Part shown: one piece after another, positions 9,344-20,347 of the stretch
How the letters are laid out: every line of letters begins with the position of its first letter
How positions within the stretch are numbered: the stretch's first letter is position 1
Virus record (IMG/VR): IMGVR_UViG_2648501400_000020
Span: 1-38,746 of that record
Source: a virus
Lineage: Duplodnaviria; Heunggongvirae; Uroviricota; Caudoviricetes
DNA: 38,746 nucleotides
Direction: 5' to 3' (one strand)
Notes under the pieces: model-generated
Told to the model about the DNA's origin: nothing
What the model saw: the letters and a program-made list of their open reading frames with translations, nothing else
Database searches by the model: none
Program-made: the position numbers and the translations under genes

Positions 9344-10489
9344 TTAGCGAACAACGTTAATCTGTACGTCAGCGTAATGAACCGCGCCTGCAAGTTTTAT
9401 TGCAGCCTGAATCACCGGAGCCTTACGGGCTTCACGCTCTGATTGTGCCTGTTCATCCAGCGGCTGGGCGTATACGTAATAACCTTTGGGCAGCGTGTCA
9501 CCTGATGACAACTGACCAAGGTCGCCCCCGTTCCATACGCCCGGAGCAATCAGTCCATTCTGAACGGCCTGATCCAGTGATTTTTCAACATTTGATAACA
9601 GTCGGGTAATACCGGCTTCAGTCTGGGGAACTTTCGTGGTGCTGGTATAAAGCAGGTTATAGAGGTTGGTCTGCACATAATTCTGTAACCAGTCCAGGCC
9701 GTGGCGTTCATCAAAGAAATCGCCGTTAGCCATCACTCCCTGCTGGAGGATAGCCGTATCATTCTGGTAGTACACGAATACATTGCATTTTTTTGCATCA
9801 AGTGCCGATGCCTGGCTGACTGTCAGTGTTTCATACCCGACCCCCGGCTCCTGCTTAAACTTGAGCGTAATCGCGGTATTACTGCCATTGAAATTAACCG
9901 TGAATGCCCGGCCAAATGCAGATAACGCAGCGTATTTATTACCCGATGAATACTGAATAAAACTGCGTGAATATCCGGCGGTTTTCAGTTTTGATGCCAA
10001 ATCATCGCTGGATGCAGTCTGCAGGCATTTCTCATCGCTTGTCGTAATCGCCAGAATACGGCTTACAGAAGAGGATTCGATCGCCGCAGCCACTTTCAGC
10101 CAGTCTGCATCCGGAATATCTTCATCGTCTGCAATCCCCAGCCCATACCATGAAGTATAATCGAGCATGGCATTCACAGCCTGTTCCAGCGTCTCAGGCG
10201 TGGCCTGTTCGCTGTCTCCCTTCGTTTTCACCCAACGACCAACAAAAACCTCCTGAGGTTTCGGTGATTGTGAGAAAAACACCTGCGCAGCCTTATATTC
10301 TGGTGATTCCACGCCAAAATCTTTTCCAATATCTTCCGCGGCAGAATAACGGCGAATGCGCTCACTTACCGGAATGATTGTGGACGGGCCGAGAATGAGT
10401 AATGCACCAAAATTTCGCCCTGATGCTGCACGCGGCGACATGATCACATCAACATTAACAACGTTTGATACAGGCAAGCCCTGTGCCAT
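9344..10489 (-). CDS. Contractile tail sheath protein
   Basis: 381 aa ORF preceding tube gene; sheath-tube-chaperone-tape measure order. Confidence 0.65.
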   Translation of the reverse strand: MAQGLPVSNVVNVDVIMSPRAASGRNFGALLILGPSTIIPVSERIRRYSAAEDIGKDFGVESPEYKAAQVFFSQSPKPQEVFVGRWVKTKGDSEQATPETLEQAVNAMLDYTSWYGLGIADDEDIPDADWLKVAAAIESSSVSRILAITTSDEKCLQTASSDDLASKLKTAGYSRSFIQYSSGNKYAALSAFGRAFTVNFNGSNTAITLKFKQEPGVGYETLTVSQASALDAKKCNVFVYYQNDTAILQQGVMANGDFFDERHGLDWLQNYVQTNLYNLLYTSTTKVPQTEAGITRLLSNVEKSLDQAVQNGLIAPGVWNGGDLGQLSSGDTLPKGYYVYAQPLDEQAQSEREARKAPVIQAAIKLAGAVHYADVQINVVR

Positions 10490-10492
10490 AGC

Positions 10493-11101
10493 TTAATCTC
10501 CGAAAAAGATGACTGGTGCTTCCACCAGCGATTTAATACCGTACTCGCGCACAACCTTCCGGCGCAGACGCACCGTCATATCGTAGCGGCGGACCCATTG
10601 CTGATTAATAAGTTCAGGGAAGGGCGTCAGACCTGTGTAATCGCCAAGAGACAACCCCAGCGCATTCAGTGCTGCGTTGTTCTGCGGTACAGATATACCG
10701 TCACGAAACCGGGACGCATACACCATCCCCGCCGGACCATAAAACGAAGCCATACACTCAATCGTTTCATGCCGCCAGAGCTGAGAGCCATCATCGGTCT
10801 GTCTGGTGAATGCCGGACTGTCATCACCTGACCATCCGATAACCCCAAACGCACACCAGTTCGTTTCAGCCGGTAGCAGTGGCGGTTGCTCTTTCTGCCA
10901 GCGCGGACGAACCATCCCGGCAGACAGACCGGAAACGTTACGCATCCACTGGCTTAACAGCCTGTCAAGCGCTTCGTCATAATCCGGATCGCCACTGGTT
11001 GGTATCAGCCATCCGCGCTCTGTGCTGGTGTTATTGCTCAACCGGAATTCCCCCATCAAACGGCAGCAACTCACAATGCGCCTGAACGAATCCGGCACCA
11101 T
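10493..11101 (-). CDS. Head-tail joining/neck hypothetical protein
   Basis: 202 aa ORF between capsid and sheath genes; start uncertain (overlaps upstream ORF). Confidence 0.35.
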   Translation of the reverse strand: MVPDSFRRIVSCCRLMGEFRLSNNTSTERGWLIPTSGDPDYDEALDRLLSQWMRNVSGLSAGMVRPRWQKEQPPLLPAETNWCAFGVIGWSGDDSPAFTRQTDDGSQLWRHETIECMASFYGPAGMVYASRFRDGISVPQNNAALNALGLSLGDYTGLTPFPELINQQWVRRYDMTVRLRRKVVREYGIKSLVEAPVIFFGD

Positions 11102-11420
11102 ACGCTGTATACGGGTCGACGAAAGTCACACGATAATCACGGCCCTGATACGTCACGATATCGGCATCACGGCCAGTCTGTCCCTGCGTCAGTCGCTCAG
11201 TCGTCACAATCAGAATTGCACCACTGATTACCTGCCCGGCCTGCATACGACGGTTTTCCAGAGAGCGATCAACAGTTACGACTCCGGCAAACTGCTTTTT
11301 AACTTCGCTGTCGCTGCCGATCCCGTCCTCATCCACCGTTTGCACACGGCGTGTTACCCACAAATTGAAGTCGCAAAAATCGGGGTCAAAAAGCACATCA
11401 GTTACATCAAGAGTCGGCAT
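11031..11420 (-). CDS. Head-tail joining hypothetical protein
   Basis: 129 aa ORF in structural operon. Confidence 0.35.
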   Translation of the reverse strand: MPTLDVTDVLFDPDFCDFNLWVTRRVQTVDEDGIGSDSEVKKQFAGVVTVDRSLENRRMQAGQVISGAILIVTTERLTQGQTGRDADIVTYQGRDYRVTFVDPYTAYGAGFVQAHCELLPFDGGIPVEQ

Positions 11421-11961
11421 TTTTATCCCTCACAACATGGGTAATCGCTCTGCGATATTGCCCGGTGTCAATTAATGGTTTCGCCAGATCGGTTCCGGGA
11501 GATTCGCCAGCAGCGCGCCGGGCAAGTTCCAGTGTTGCCCCCTTGCGCCCCCGACGAGCCCGGGCTTCAACAGTGCTGTCAGCAAGCGGCGTAAAGCCGG
11601 TAATAGTCATGTAACGCCTGACGCCATTAGCGGCCAGCGTTCCGGCACGGTTGAGTGCGCGTTCTGCTCCCGCAGCATTACCATCAAGAGCAGCCTGCGC
11701 CGCGGCTTTGAGCTGCGGCACCGTCTGCTCTTCTGCCGATTTAACGCCGGGGACCAGGTGAGGTCGTGGCGGGATGTTCTGCTCTGGTGAGCCGTATTCG
11801 TTGAGGTAACCGATGCCCGCATTACCAAACGGAACATCATCCCGCTCGCTGTCTTCCGAAGGGATGCCGACCAGCACATCTTTTTTGGTTAACGACCTGA
11901 GCGCATCCAGAATGGCCTTAGCGTTATCCACCCTCGTTGTTACACCGCTTTTGAAACTCAT
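11407..11961 (-). CDS. Head completion/neck hypothetical protein
   Basis: 184 aa ORF in structural operon. Confidence 0.35.
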   Translation of the reverse strand: MSFKSGVTTRVDNAKAILDALRSLTKKDVLVGIPSEDSERDDVPFGNAGIGYLNEYGSPEQNIPPRPHLVPGVKSAEEQTVPQLKAAAQAALDGNAAGAERALNRAGTLAANGVRRYMTITGFTPLADSTVEARARRGRKGATLELARRAAGESPGTDLAKPLIDTGQYRRAITHVVRDKNADS

Positions 11962-12365
11962 AGCTGGCGACCACCTGCACCGAACATCGTGATCAACTGA
12001 TAAAATTCAGCGCCATATCGGGTGTTATTCCAGAAACCTGCATCAGGATTCAGCGTCGCGCTGGTGTCATAACTGACGCTTACCTTATCCACGGACTTTG
12101 AGGACTGAACACCATTGGTTGAACCGCCCGGCCCGCCAGCCAGCATCGCCCGGCTGTCTGCCGCCCAGAGCGTCATGTAGTGGGCAACGAACAATCCGGC
12201 AAAGTACGGAAACAACTTTTTGCCGGTGACGTTTTCGCTCAGCAGTTCATCGGCCAGATTCAGACGAAACTGGATTTGCGCTTCGGGATATTTGGCAGGG
12301 TCAGCAAACTGCGGGAAGTCGCGGCGAAAATCACTTACCGCTGGCAGACTTTGATTCTTTGGCAT
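11958..12365 (-). CDS. Head-tail adaptor-like protein
   Basis: 135 aa ORF just downstream of capsid-side genes. Confidence 0.4.
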   Translation of the reverse strand: MPKNQSLPAVSDFRRDFPQFADPAKYPEAQIQFRLNLADELLSENVTGKKLFPYFAGLFVAHYMTLWAADSRAMLAGGPGGSTNGVQSSKSVDKVSVSYDTSATLNPDAGFWNNTRYGAEFYQLITMFGAGGRQL

Positions 12366-12552
12366 TTTTTACCTCGTTACGCGCGTCTGTGACTTTGCCA
12401 ACGGATACTTCCGCGTGCGCACGAGTGAACCAGTGCGTGGCAACGTCTTCCTCCACAGCATGACGGCCTTTAACAAACTCGCGCCGCGAACCGTCGGGAA
12501 GCGTGAGCACAAACGGGGTATGTACGTGTATTACTGCATTATTTTTTGCCAT
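12331..12552 (-). CDS. Small hypothetical protein downstream of major capsid gene
   Basis: 73 aa ORF; coding status uncertain. Confidence 0.25.
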   Translation of the reverse strand: MAKNNAVIHVHTPFVLTLPDGSRREFVKGRHAVEEDVATHWFTRAHAEVSVGKVTDARNEVKNAKESKSASGK

Positions 12553-12593
12553 CGGGTCATCCTTAATGGCCCCGCCAGGGGGCCATATGGCTG

Positions 12594-13535
12594 TTAAATG
12601 CCATCAACGTACGAAATGGTTTCTTTGTACACTGGCTCGACTGCACCCAGCTTGCCGTAGTAAGTGACGATCTGATACAGACCGCGATACTGCACCGGCA
12701 CGCTCTGAAGCGGAACCAGCGGGTAGCGGACGTATTTTTTATCGTTGGTGTACGCAACCATGCGATCCTTATTCCCCACACCACGGCCTTTCAGCCATTT
12801 AACCGCGCGGATATTCAGCGGAACACCGTTCTGGTGATAGCTGATGGTGTTGGTCTGAAGGTACGTCAACAGGGACTGGTTACCCGCAGATGAAACGATG
12901 ATGCTGGACAACAGAGCAAACTGCTCAGGCGGGATCAGCAAATCACGCGGAACCACAGAGTAACCGGAAGCGGCCCACGCATCAGACAGCACCTGGTTAA
13001 TGCTTGCGCGGATTTCGTCCGGTGTTGAGGTTGCCCACGTTTTGGCAGCGTTGTTGACAGGCACACCGTCCAGGGTAACAAGACCTTTCAGGTTTAATGC
13101 GGAATCGCCAACATACACCTGTTCATCGTTATCCATCTGCCATTTCAGTTGCATCCCGTCATACTTCTGCGTATCAATCGGGCGTCCGACCCGCTGAGCA
13201 GCCTGCAATTCTATGACCGTCCAGCCAAGTTCCATCCCCCACAGGTTCAGCGGGTTACCGGATTTGCCGATATCCACGTTTACGCCAGCAATAGCGGTTG
13301 AGTCTTTGCCTACCCAGTTTTTGCCATTCGGATTTGCACCAGTACCCGCAGCGGCGAAGCTGGTATTCGTCCAGCTGGAAATGTCATCTGCGATAGAGAC
13401 ATCTTCACGCAACTGAATATCGCGGGTCCAGGTGTACCCCACCAGTGGCAGGTTCAGCGTCTGGTCGAGTCGCTCCAGCTCCCCGATGAGAAAGGCACCA
13501 GAGCTGTCAACGGTTGCCTGATCAAAAGTAATCAT
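12594..13535 (-). CDS. Major capsid protein
   Basis: 313 aa ORF after protease/scaffold and decoration-like genes; preceded by a good Shine-Dalgarno. Confidence 0.7.
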   Translation of the reverse strand: MITFDQATVDSSGAFLIGELERLDQTLNLPLVGYTWTRDIQLREDVSIADDISSWTNTSFAAAGTGANPNGKNWVGKDSTAIAGVNVDIGKSGNPLNLWGMELGWTVIELQAAQRVGRPIDTQKYDGMQLKWQMDNDEQVYVGDSALNLKGLVTLDGVPVNNAAKTWATSTPDEIRASINQVLSDAWAASGYSVVPRDLLIPPEQFALLSSIIVSSAGNQSLLTYLQTNTISYHQNGVPLNIRAVKWLKGRGVGNKDRMVAYTNDKKYVRYPLVPLQSVPVQYRGLYQIVTYYGKLGAVEPVYKETISYVDGI

Positions 13536-13546
13536 TCGTCTGTTCC

Positions 13547-14053
13547 TTAAATCTTCCAGGAAATTTCTGCATTGCCGTCAGCATCACCGGCACCTGTGAA
13601 TTCAGCGTTGGTCAGCACCACGTTTTTGCCACTGACTGACGTGGACATGAATCCACCCAGCGGCACTTTGATGGATTCATCAGTGGAGACGACAACGTAT
13701 ACCGGGTCGCCTTTTTTGATGGTGCTGGCATCAAAATCAGAACCGAGATTAACGGTCACGTAGCCACGCTTCATGGCGTCGCCCGGGAAGTTCTTGCCAG
13801 TCCCCACCTGGCGAACCATGTCCGGCTGCGATGTGGTCGGATAAGGGCGCACGTAGATCCCCTTCACCTTGTCTGCGGTATCACCATCTGCCAGAGGCAC
13901 GAAAAAACCGTCATCATCGTATTTACCAGCCAGCCCATAGGCAGCGAAGGCGTTATCGGATTTAAGGACCACCGGTTCGACGGTTAAGTCCTGCGGGCGA
14001 GAGACAGCCCCGGCAATGCCAACAGGCATCCGGTACAGAAATACATTATTCAT
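13547..14053 (-). CDS. Head structural protein (decoration/scaffold-like)
   Basis: 168 aa Gly/Asp-rich ORF immediately upstream of major capsid gene. Confidence 0.4.
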   Translation of the reverse strand: MNNVFLYRMPVGIAGAVSRPQDLTVEPVVLKSDNAFAAYGLAGKYDDDGFFVPLADGDTADKVKGIYVRPYPTTSQPDMVRQVGTGKNFPGDAMKRGYVTVNLGSDFDASTIKKGDPVYVVVSTDESIKVPLGGFMSTSVSGKNVVLTNAEFTGAGDADGNAEISWKI

Positions 14054-14056
14054 TTT

Positions 14057-15277
14057 TTACCCTTTACGGTTTGCCCAGAATTCAGCGTTTTGTTTGTTCA
14101 GGGAAGCGATACTGGTCATGCCCATGTTTGGGCGCTGTGCATCGCCGGTGGTGGCGCGGGTGTTTCGCCCTTTGGCAATCTCAGACACGGCATTAAACGC
14201 CATGTCGACCGATTGTTTCGGTAATTTGCGGATATCCGCGTCACCGACTATCTGGCGAACCAGCGTTTTGTCAGCAGAAGCCAGAACCTCGCGTTTGAAC
14301 GCGGTCGGTTTCATCTTACGGCTCAGATCGATACCCGGAACGATAACTTCGGCACGCCAGGCTGAGTCACCAGTAATCGTGGTTTCCTCTTCATCGTCCT
14401 CGCCGTCACCGGTCGGATTATCGTCAGGCTTATTGTCGTTATCGCCCGTCGCATTTCCTTCCAGCTTAGCCAGCAGGGCTTTCAGTAATGTTTTGAGGTC
14501 ATCATCACTGTCGCCGGTTGGACCTCCGCCCATCTCTGGTGCTTTGTCCGGTAGCGGTTGCTGCGGGGACAGGTTGATGTTGAGATTAACGCCCTGCGGC
14601 AAATCCCCCTCATCTCCTGTAACCGATGCGGGAGCCGACTCCACCAGTTCGTTCATGGTGTCAGCGTCACCCGTTTTGATGGCCGTGCGCATGCGGGTCC
14701 ACCAGTTTTTCTTTTGATTTGCCATTGTGTCTCTGTCTCCAATTGCACAACGATTTCCGGCTCTGCCTTTAGGGACAAGAGCCACATGGTTTCCGGTAAT
14801 ATCAACCTGCTCGGCTTTACCTGGCTCGGTCTGCTCATACTCCGCGTCATAGCCGCACGACACTTCGCGCAGGCCATCTTCGATAAGCTGAATGGCGCTT
14901 TCGTCTTTGACGATAAGGTCAGCCAGCATCAAATCAGACTGCACACCCGTCCCGCGCCGGACATTCTGAAGATGCCCGACCGCGAGCTCTTTCCAGTTCT
15001 CTGGATTCACCAGCCGCACATCCCCGTTGTCATCCTCGGGATGCAACACCGTGATACTCATTCCTTCGAATGAGGCAAGCGTGGCGGGATGGAATACCTG
15101 CTCAGGAGAACGCGTGACGACTATTTCACCGAACTTATCGGGTTTCAGTTTTGGCAGGTCATCAGCACCATAGAGCTGCTTACCTGTTCGTCCTATCGGC
15201 ACGTCTTTGCACAGCAACGAGCCGTCAGCCAGCTGATAGCGGGTTTCCCCCAGCCGGGTATTGAAAAAATATTTCAT
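14057..15277 (-). CDS. Prohead protease/scaffold-like protein
   Basis: 406 aa with highly acidic Asp/Glu-rich C-terminal half, located between head morphogenesis and capsid genes. Confidence 0.45.
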   Translation of the reverse strand: MKYFFNTRLGETRYQLADGSLLCKDVPIGRTGKQLYGADDLPKLKPDKFGEIVVTRSPEQVFHPATLASFEGMSITVLHPEDDNGDVRLVNPENWKELAVGHLQNVRRGTGVQSDLMLADLIVKDESAIQLIEDGLREVSCGYDAEYEQTEPGKAEQVDITGNHVALVPKGRAGNRCAIGDRDTMANQKKNWWTRMRTAIKTGDADTMNELVESAPASVTGDEGDLPQGVNLNINLSPQQPLPDKAPEMGGGPTGDSDDDLKTLLKALLAKLEGNATGDNDNKPDDNPTGDGEDDEEETTITGDSAWRAEVIVPGIDLSRKMKPTAFKREVLASADKTLVRQIVGDADIRKLPKQSVDMAFNAVSEIAKGRNTRATTGDAQRPNMGMTSIASLNKQNAEFWANRKG

Positions 15278-15291
15278 GTGTTACCTGCGAT

Positions 15292-16026
15292 TCAGGCGGG
15301 ATAAGAATGGGAGGAGGGAAAAACAATTTCTTTATAACAGCGACAATTCGGGAGCTCGCCAGCGTGACCTGTCATGCCGTCAAGCGTTGGAGGTTTGCCC
15401 CATTCGACAAATTTACTTTCCATTTCCCGATGAGAATGCCTGACGTCACCATCTTCGGCTGTACGCCAGATATAACCATTCGAACCAATTGACAGCGCAC
15501 GCGCCTGATCCAGCGCGCCGGTTGCACGTCCAAGTTCAGTACGGGCAATCAGGTCAGCTCTGGACTTTGCTATATCACCCGATGCGGCTATTTCTTTAGC
15601 AAAATGTTCTGCTCTCCCACCGGTCACAACAGCTTCTATCGCCCGATTCTGGATGTCGTACACCCTGTCAGCCGCCTCGAGGGGGAGCGATTTGATGTAC
15701 TTGACCTGTTCGGCGATGATGGATTGCATCACCTGGCCCACAGGAGCGCTTTCCACAAGATTGCGGAGCTCGCGACTGATGTTCTTGCTGTGTTGCCGCC
15801 AAACTTTCTCGTTCTGCCGGGTTAGGTCCGCAGTAAAGTTTTCCGCGACCTTTGTCGCCCAGGGGGTGATGATTTCACTGTAGCGTTCCAGCGCCTCAAT
15901 AATTTCCGTGATACTGTCATTTGAACCATCGTAGCGACCATTTACGATGTCTCCGACCGCCCGCGCTATCCTGCGTAGGCTGGTTCGATAGCGGATTTCC
16001 GCCTGACGGTTCCTGCGGTTCGTCAT
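15292..16026 (-). CDS. Head morphogenesis protein (Mu F / SPP1 gp7-like)
   Basis: 244 aa following portal gene; true start probably internal because ORF overlaps portal 3-prime end by 110 nt. Confidence 0.6.
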   Translation of the reverse strand: MTNRRNRQAEIRYRTSLRRIARAVGDIVNGRYDGSNDSITEIIEALERYSEIITPWATKVAENFTADLTRQNEKVWRQHSKNISRELRNLVESAPVGQVMQSIIAEQVKYIKSLPLEAADRVYDIQNRAIEAVVTGGRAEHFAKEIAASGDIAKSRADLIARTELGRATGALDQARALSIGSNGYIWRTAEDGDVRHSHREMESKFVEWGKPPTLDGMTGHAGELPNCRCYKEIVFPSSHSYPA

Positions 16027-17323
16027 CAGGTTCGCCGATGCCGGTTACGTCAGAATTTTCGCGCAAATCAGTCATAGCGGCTTTCAGTGTCATCAGACCA
16101 TCACCCAGCGCCGTACTGATTGCGTTGGTAGTGTTTAACGCCACCGTTGAGCGATCGACATCAGACATTTGCCAGAGCGGGTTAAACTCAAACGTGAAAT
16201 CGTCCGGCAGCGGCTTGCCAAGCTCCGAACGATGCATGATGTCCAGTATCCGCCGCACCGGAAGACGTAAACGCCTCTCCTGCAACGAGCTTACCCGGTC
16301 GTAATAGTTGGCAAGGTCTGCATCACCGGTAGAAAATCCTTTCGGGGACTGTCCGAACAACCTCACCAGTGGGATACCAACAGCGCCACTAATCTGTTCT
16401 GCAAACTGCGAAAGGATATCATCCAGGCCACTGAAGCTGTACTGATGGGTTTCAAACTTATCCCGCGAGTCCATGAGCGTCATGCCTTCATTACTCTGGA
16501 ACTGTCGAATCAGGTCGATATTCTTCAGCAACGCTTCATACGCAGGACCACCAAGTGCGATAAGCTCACGTAGCTTCTCCACGCTGTAGGTACGCAGATG
16601 CGCCTTGTAGACCAGCTGCGCCGCGCCGACAGTAGCGCTGTCGAACGCGGTAAGACGATCCCAGATACGCTCTACAACTGACATTCCCCATTCGTTCTCG
16701 GTCATCTTCTGCTGAAATGGCAGGGTGACGCCATCAAAGCGAATCAGGCGACTGTGATGAATGCGCCAGGCAGGAATTCCCGTTGCTGTGGTCACCACAT
16801 CGTAAAACTCAGGTTTACCCAGGTCCGGCCCCATATCTTTAATGCGGCGGGTCAGTACCGGGTCGATCATCCAGCGGTCGAGCGGGAGAATCCCCTTAAA
16901 CTTGCCCTTACCGATGGTTTCGGGTCGCAGCGGGGTCATTGGTGCCTGCCCCTCAATCATGATGAAACCCACCGCGCCGCCGTAGAGGCGCGACCATTTC
17001 AGCACGTCATTCAGCGCATCCCAGATTTGCAACTCATCCAGTTGTGATTCGAGAATGCCACGATCTTTTGCATCAATTTCCGAAGTAATGCGAATGCCTT
17101 TGCGGGTCATATCATCCGGGATAGCATCGACTGCTTCGCCGATGATCCAGGACGAACGATAGGACCATTCCACCAGCATGCGGTTACGACTGGTGAAATT
17201 AGCCCGGTAGGTGGATGCTGAGTGCTGGTTAGGTGTCTGCATCCCTACGCGGGCAATAAAATTCTCATAACCATCAGCTGTGGCCTGCGCAGTTCGCCGC
17301 AGGGCTTGTTTGTTTCGTGCCAT
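15917..17323 (-). CDS. Portal protein
   Basis: 468 aa ORF immediately downstream of large terminase, start overlaps terminase stop. Confidence 0.7.
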   Translation of the reverse strand: MARNKQALRRTAQATADGYENFIARVGMQTPNQHSASTYRANFTSRNRMLVEWSYRSSWIIGEAVDAIPDDMTRKGIRITSEIDAKDRGILESQLDELQIWDALNDVLKWSRLYGGAVGFIMIEGQAPMTPLRPETIGKGKFKGILPLDRWMIDPVLTRRIKDMGPDLGKPEFYDVVTTATGIPAWRIHHSRLIRFDGVTLPFQQKMTENEWGMSVVERIWDRLTAFDSATVGAAQLVYKAHLRTYSVEKLRELIALGGPAYEALLKNIDLIRQFQSNEGMTLMDSRDKFETHQYSFSGLDDILSQFAEQISGAVGIPLVRLFGQSPKGFSTGDADLANYYDRVSSLQERRLRLPVRRILDIMHRSELGKPLPDDFTFEFNPLWQMSDVDRSTVALNTTNAISTALGDGLMTLKAAMTDLRENSDVTGIGEPDDEPQEPSGGNPLSNQPTQDSAGGRRHRKWSLRWFK

Positions 17324-18951
17324 CAGGCCTGTCTCCCTAGCAGCTCCCAGATGTTCAGGGCTGAATTCATTGGGGCATAGTTGATCATCACCGAGTCGGC
17401 AAGGTTTGGCGACCGGGTTCCATCAGGCTGTTTATCAATAACGATTTTTCCCACACCATTAATGGAATAGGTCGGCTGCGAAAGCTCGATGATGAGTTTA
17501 TCTTTGAGTGCCATGCTACTGCTGATTGAGATGATTTCGTCCGGGTTGTAAGCCATACCGTCAACCACGGCGCGCCAGGTATTCTGAAAAAGTTTACGTA
17601 ACCGCCACCAGCTCTGGGCTTTGGCGTTAGCGAAGAAGTCCTTGTTCAGACGTGCGGCTTGCCCGTTGTCCCCGCGAACAGCTTCATCATCCGGATCAAA
17701 TACCGCACCACTACCTCGAAACGGTGTGGCGAGTATTGACGGTCGACGCGCAGCGTTACGCAGTTCGTTGATAGCGCGTGCATCGCCGCGAACGCCAGCG
17801 CCCAGCCCGTCCTCGTCAAAGCGAAACTCTTCGAGGTTGTCCTGTTCGCAAAAGCCGAAAACCTTCTCGACGGACTGATAAATGTCGCTGCCCACACCGG
17901 ACCATTCCCGCACATTTTCCAGGAGGAAGCCATGACGGGTGGAAAAGGCATTTTTGTCCCTGCCTTCGTCGGCGACATCCATCGCGCCAAGTCGTTTGCC
18001 TGTTGGCTGGATACCCAGTTTGATATGCGCATCAACGGCAGCCTGTACCCATTCGGATGGAATCAGAACGCCTTCCGCTGATGCGCTGTAGTTCAGATCA
18101 AGTTCCTGTGCCACCACCACCGGATTATCGATTTTCTCGCATTCCCTGCGATACCACTCTTCATCCTTGCGAGGATCATCCCGCCAGTGGAATGTGAATA
18201 CCGGTATCTTCCCGCCATGACGCTTCTGAGCGAACGGGTTAGCCATGCCGTTAACTGAACTCAGGTCGATACGGCAACGCGTCGTTTGTGACAACGCCGC
18301 ATCAATCAGCAGAGGACGCTGAAGGAATGCAGCCTCATCAACCAGATAAAGCGTGGTACGGTCACCACGACCAATATTATCGCCAGCCTCGCCTTTGATA
18401 ACGGCACCAGTTTCAGGAAACTCAACACGCATATATGGCGCGTGCTTCTTCTCGCTCCACGAACCGCGAAACTCTACAGGTAGCGTTTCCACGAACTTGC
18501 GCGCCTTCCAGAACAATGCTTTCGGGTCACCAGTGCTGTCGACGTATTCCTCTTTACGGGAGCCGAAACCGATAACCATTTCTTTGTTGAAGAGACAAAG
18601 CGAGCAGGCCAGTCCGATCGCGGTCCAACTGAGCCCCATTTCACGGGATTTTTCGGTAATACCATTCTCCCGATTGCCCCAGCGTTCCATAATCCAGTGG
18701 ATCCACTCCTCCTGCTTAGGGAAGAGTAAAAACGGAATGGTCACCGGCAGGCCATAATCAATATTACGCGGGTCCGTTGTCATGCCCCAGTCGATGATGA
18801 ACTGAGCCGGATTGGTTCGGTAAAACTGTTTTAGTGCAGGCAATATTTCAGGATTCTGGCGAATGCGCTGCAGGCGTTCCATCCGCCATTCAAAAACCAT
18901 CTGGTAATCAGGGTTTCTGAAATCGAATTTAAACGGAAGAGGCATGATCAC
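17323..18951 (-). CDS. Terminase large subunit
   Basis: 542 aa; acidic motif LYLVDEAAF consistent with a Walker B-like ATPase centre; followed by portal. Confidence 0.8.
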   Translation of the reverse strand: MIMPLPFKFDFRNPDYQMVFEWRMERLQRIRQNPEILPALKQFYRTNPAQFIIDWGMTTDPRNIDYGLPVTIPFLLFPKQEEWIHWIMERWGNRENGITEKSREMGLSWTAIGLACSLCLFNKEMVIGFGSRKEEYVDSTGDPKALFWKARKFVETLPVEFRGSWSEKKHAPYMRVEFPETGAVIKGEAGDNIGRGDRTTLYLVDEAAFLQRPLLIDAALSQTTRCRIDLSSVNGMANPFAQKRHGGKIPVFTFHWRDDPRKDEEWYRRECEKIDNPVVVAQELDLNYSASAEGVLIPSEWVQAAVDAHIKLGIQPTGKRLGAMDVADEGRDKNAFSTRHGFLLENVREWSGVGSDIYQSVEKVFGFCEQDNLEEFRFDEDGLGAGVRGDARAINELRNAARRPSILATPFRGSGAVFDPDDEAVRGDNGQAARLNKDFFANAKAQSWWRLRKLFQNTWRAVVDGMAYNPDEIISISSSMALKDKLIIELSQPTYSINGVGKIVIDKQPDGTRSPNLADSVMINYAPMNSALNIWELLGRQA

Positions 18952-19577
18952 CCCATCATTTTGCGGTAAATCTCTGCGGCCTGATCTGCGGTGAGATTGG
19001 TTGTCTCGGTCTTGATCGGTCCACCCTCCGCGCCAGTCAGTTCGGTTTTCTTAGGTGCTTCCCACCCCTGCAATTCAGCCAACTGCTTTATTGCTGCTTT
19101 CGGGTCGTGCATCTTCAATTTGATACCATCTTTCCCTGAGGTCAGTTCTGATACTGCGCTCATCGCGTCAGTGTCCTGAAGGGAAGAATCCTTGAAGCTC
19201 CAGACGGCTTGATAGACAGGATTTCCGTCTTCATCCTCCCCCACGATGCTATTACTAAACTCAGCGATATCGGCGATTGAAGCACGGCCTATTTTAGACA
19301 AACGCTTAAGAGCTTCTTCGCGGGTCATGATGGCCTCGTCGATGATTTCATGCTGAACAGACTTAATGAACGCCTGAACGTCGCAATTTGTCGCAATTAC
19401 GTGCGCAGCTTTGCGGAGGTTGTCGCCCTTCGCTTTCCCTCCGGCTTTGCGGTAAGCCTCTGTCTGATTCTTGCCCTTGATAATGGCTAAGCTGAATCTT
19501 TTCTGAAGCGGAGTCAGCACATCGAAAAGGCGCTGCTGTTCCGCCGTTAGCTTTTTCGATGCCATGATGGTTTCCAC
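18948..19577 (-). CDS. Terminase small subunit
   Basis: 209 aa ORF overlapping start of large terminase (ATGA coupling). Confidence 0.55.
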   Translation of the reverse strand: METIMASKKLTAEQQRLFDVLTPLQKRFSLAIIKGKNQTEAYRKAGGKAKGDNLRKAAHVIATNCDVQAFIKSVQHEIIDEAIMTREEALKRLSKIGRASIADIAEFSNSIVGEDEDGNPVYQAVWSFKDSSLQDTDAMSAVSELTSGKDGIKLKMHDPKAAIKQLAELQGWEAPKKTELTGAEGGPIKTETTNLTADQAAEIYRKMMG

Positions 19578-19625
19578 AAGTTGTTAACATTATCGAAGCC
19601 CCTTATCAAAGGAGCTTCTGTAATG

Positions 19626-19838
19626 TCAGTCCCGAACGAATGTAACCTTCGTGTTTGTCGCTCGCCGTACAAGGCGCGCCGCTTCGCGTTGCATTTCATC
19701 GATAACTTTTGGCGTCATCGGCTGATGCGCATATTTACGTTCAATCTCTGCAAAAATCCCGTTCATCGTTTCGCTGTCTGGTGGGATAACTTCAACGTTT
19801 AATCGTGCCATTGGTTTGTGCTGCCCTATTTTTCTCAA
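19626..19838 (-). CDS. Small hypothetical protein between lysis cassette and terminase
   Basis: 70 aa ORF; overlaps 3-prime end of Rz1 frame. Confidence 0.25.
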   Translation of the reverse strand: MRKIGQHKPMARLNVEVIPPDSETMNGIFAEIERKYAHQPMTPKVIDEMQREAARLVRRATNTKVTFVRD

Positions 19839-20136
19839 AAGTCCTGATATCAGCCTTATCCCTGTTGCACTGTGCTAACGCTGACAACAACGCAACATTC
19901 AGGTTAAGACTGGCCCCCCACGTAAACGGGTCGGGTAAATCTGGCTGGGGTGTTTCAGCCGTCAGACTGGCTGGTAACGGAACGACCGGCACCGACACGT
20001 ATATCGTTCGCGTATTCGTGCAACCGCTTAACTGCGCCAGAAGGAACGATACGAACAGCGCAATCATCACCCGCAACAGCCACTTTGATATCTTCCTGGG
20101 TTCTCTGTGACTCCAGTGCGATCTGCTGTTTTGCAT
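19792..20136 (-). CDS. Rz1: Rz1-like outer-membrane spanin lipoprotein (start uncertain; an internal ATG at 20067 is possible)
   Basis: Lipobox LAQLSG-C after hydrophobic stretch, Pro-rich body; reading frame overlaps Rz in +1 and extends past the Rz stop. Confidence 0.5.
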   Translation of the reverse strand: MQNSRSHWSHREPRKISKWLLRVMIALFVSFLLAQLSGCTNTRTIYVSVPVVPLPASLTAETPQPDLPDPFTWGASLNLNVALLSALAQCNRDKADIRTFEKNRAAQTNGTIKR

Positions 20137-20347
20137 GCTGGTTAGCCTCTATAACTGTATTGATGATTTGCAGTGATTGCAGGACGTTACTGGTAATGGC
20201 TGTTGCAGATTTAGCATTTCGTACAGCCTCATCAGCACGCTCCTTTTCGTGTTGATATTTGCTGTAGTAATGCCCGGCAGACCAGATAAAAGAACCGATG
20301 ACGGTAACAAAGAAGGCAACAATAACCAGCTTATATCTCAGCTTCAT
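19955..20347 (-). CDS. Rz: Rz-like inner-membrane spanin
   Basis: 130 aa; N-terminal transmembrane helix then charged coiled-coil-like region; overlaps endolysin 3-prime end. Confidence 0.6.
   Translation of the reverse strand: MKLRYKLVIVAFFVTVIGSFIWSAGHYYSKYQHEKERADEAVRNAKSATAITSNVLQSLQIINTVIEANQHAKQQIALESQRTQEDIKVAVAGDDCAVRIVPSGAVKRLHEYANDIRVGAGRSVTSQSDG

Noticed and set aside
215-15073. Numerous plus-strand ORFs antisense to structural genes (e.g. 215..679, 5403..6005, 7310..7813, 7549..8058, 14016..14717, 14558..15073)
   Set aside because: They sit entirely within long, well-supported minus-strand genes and have unusual compositions (Arg/Ser/Pro-rich), typical of shadow ORFs
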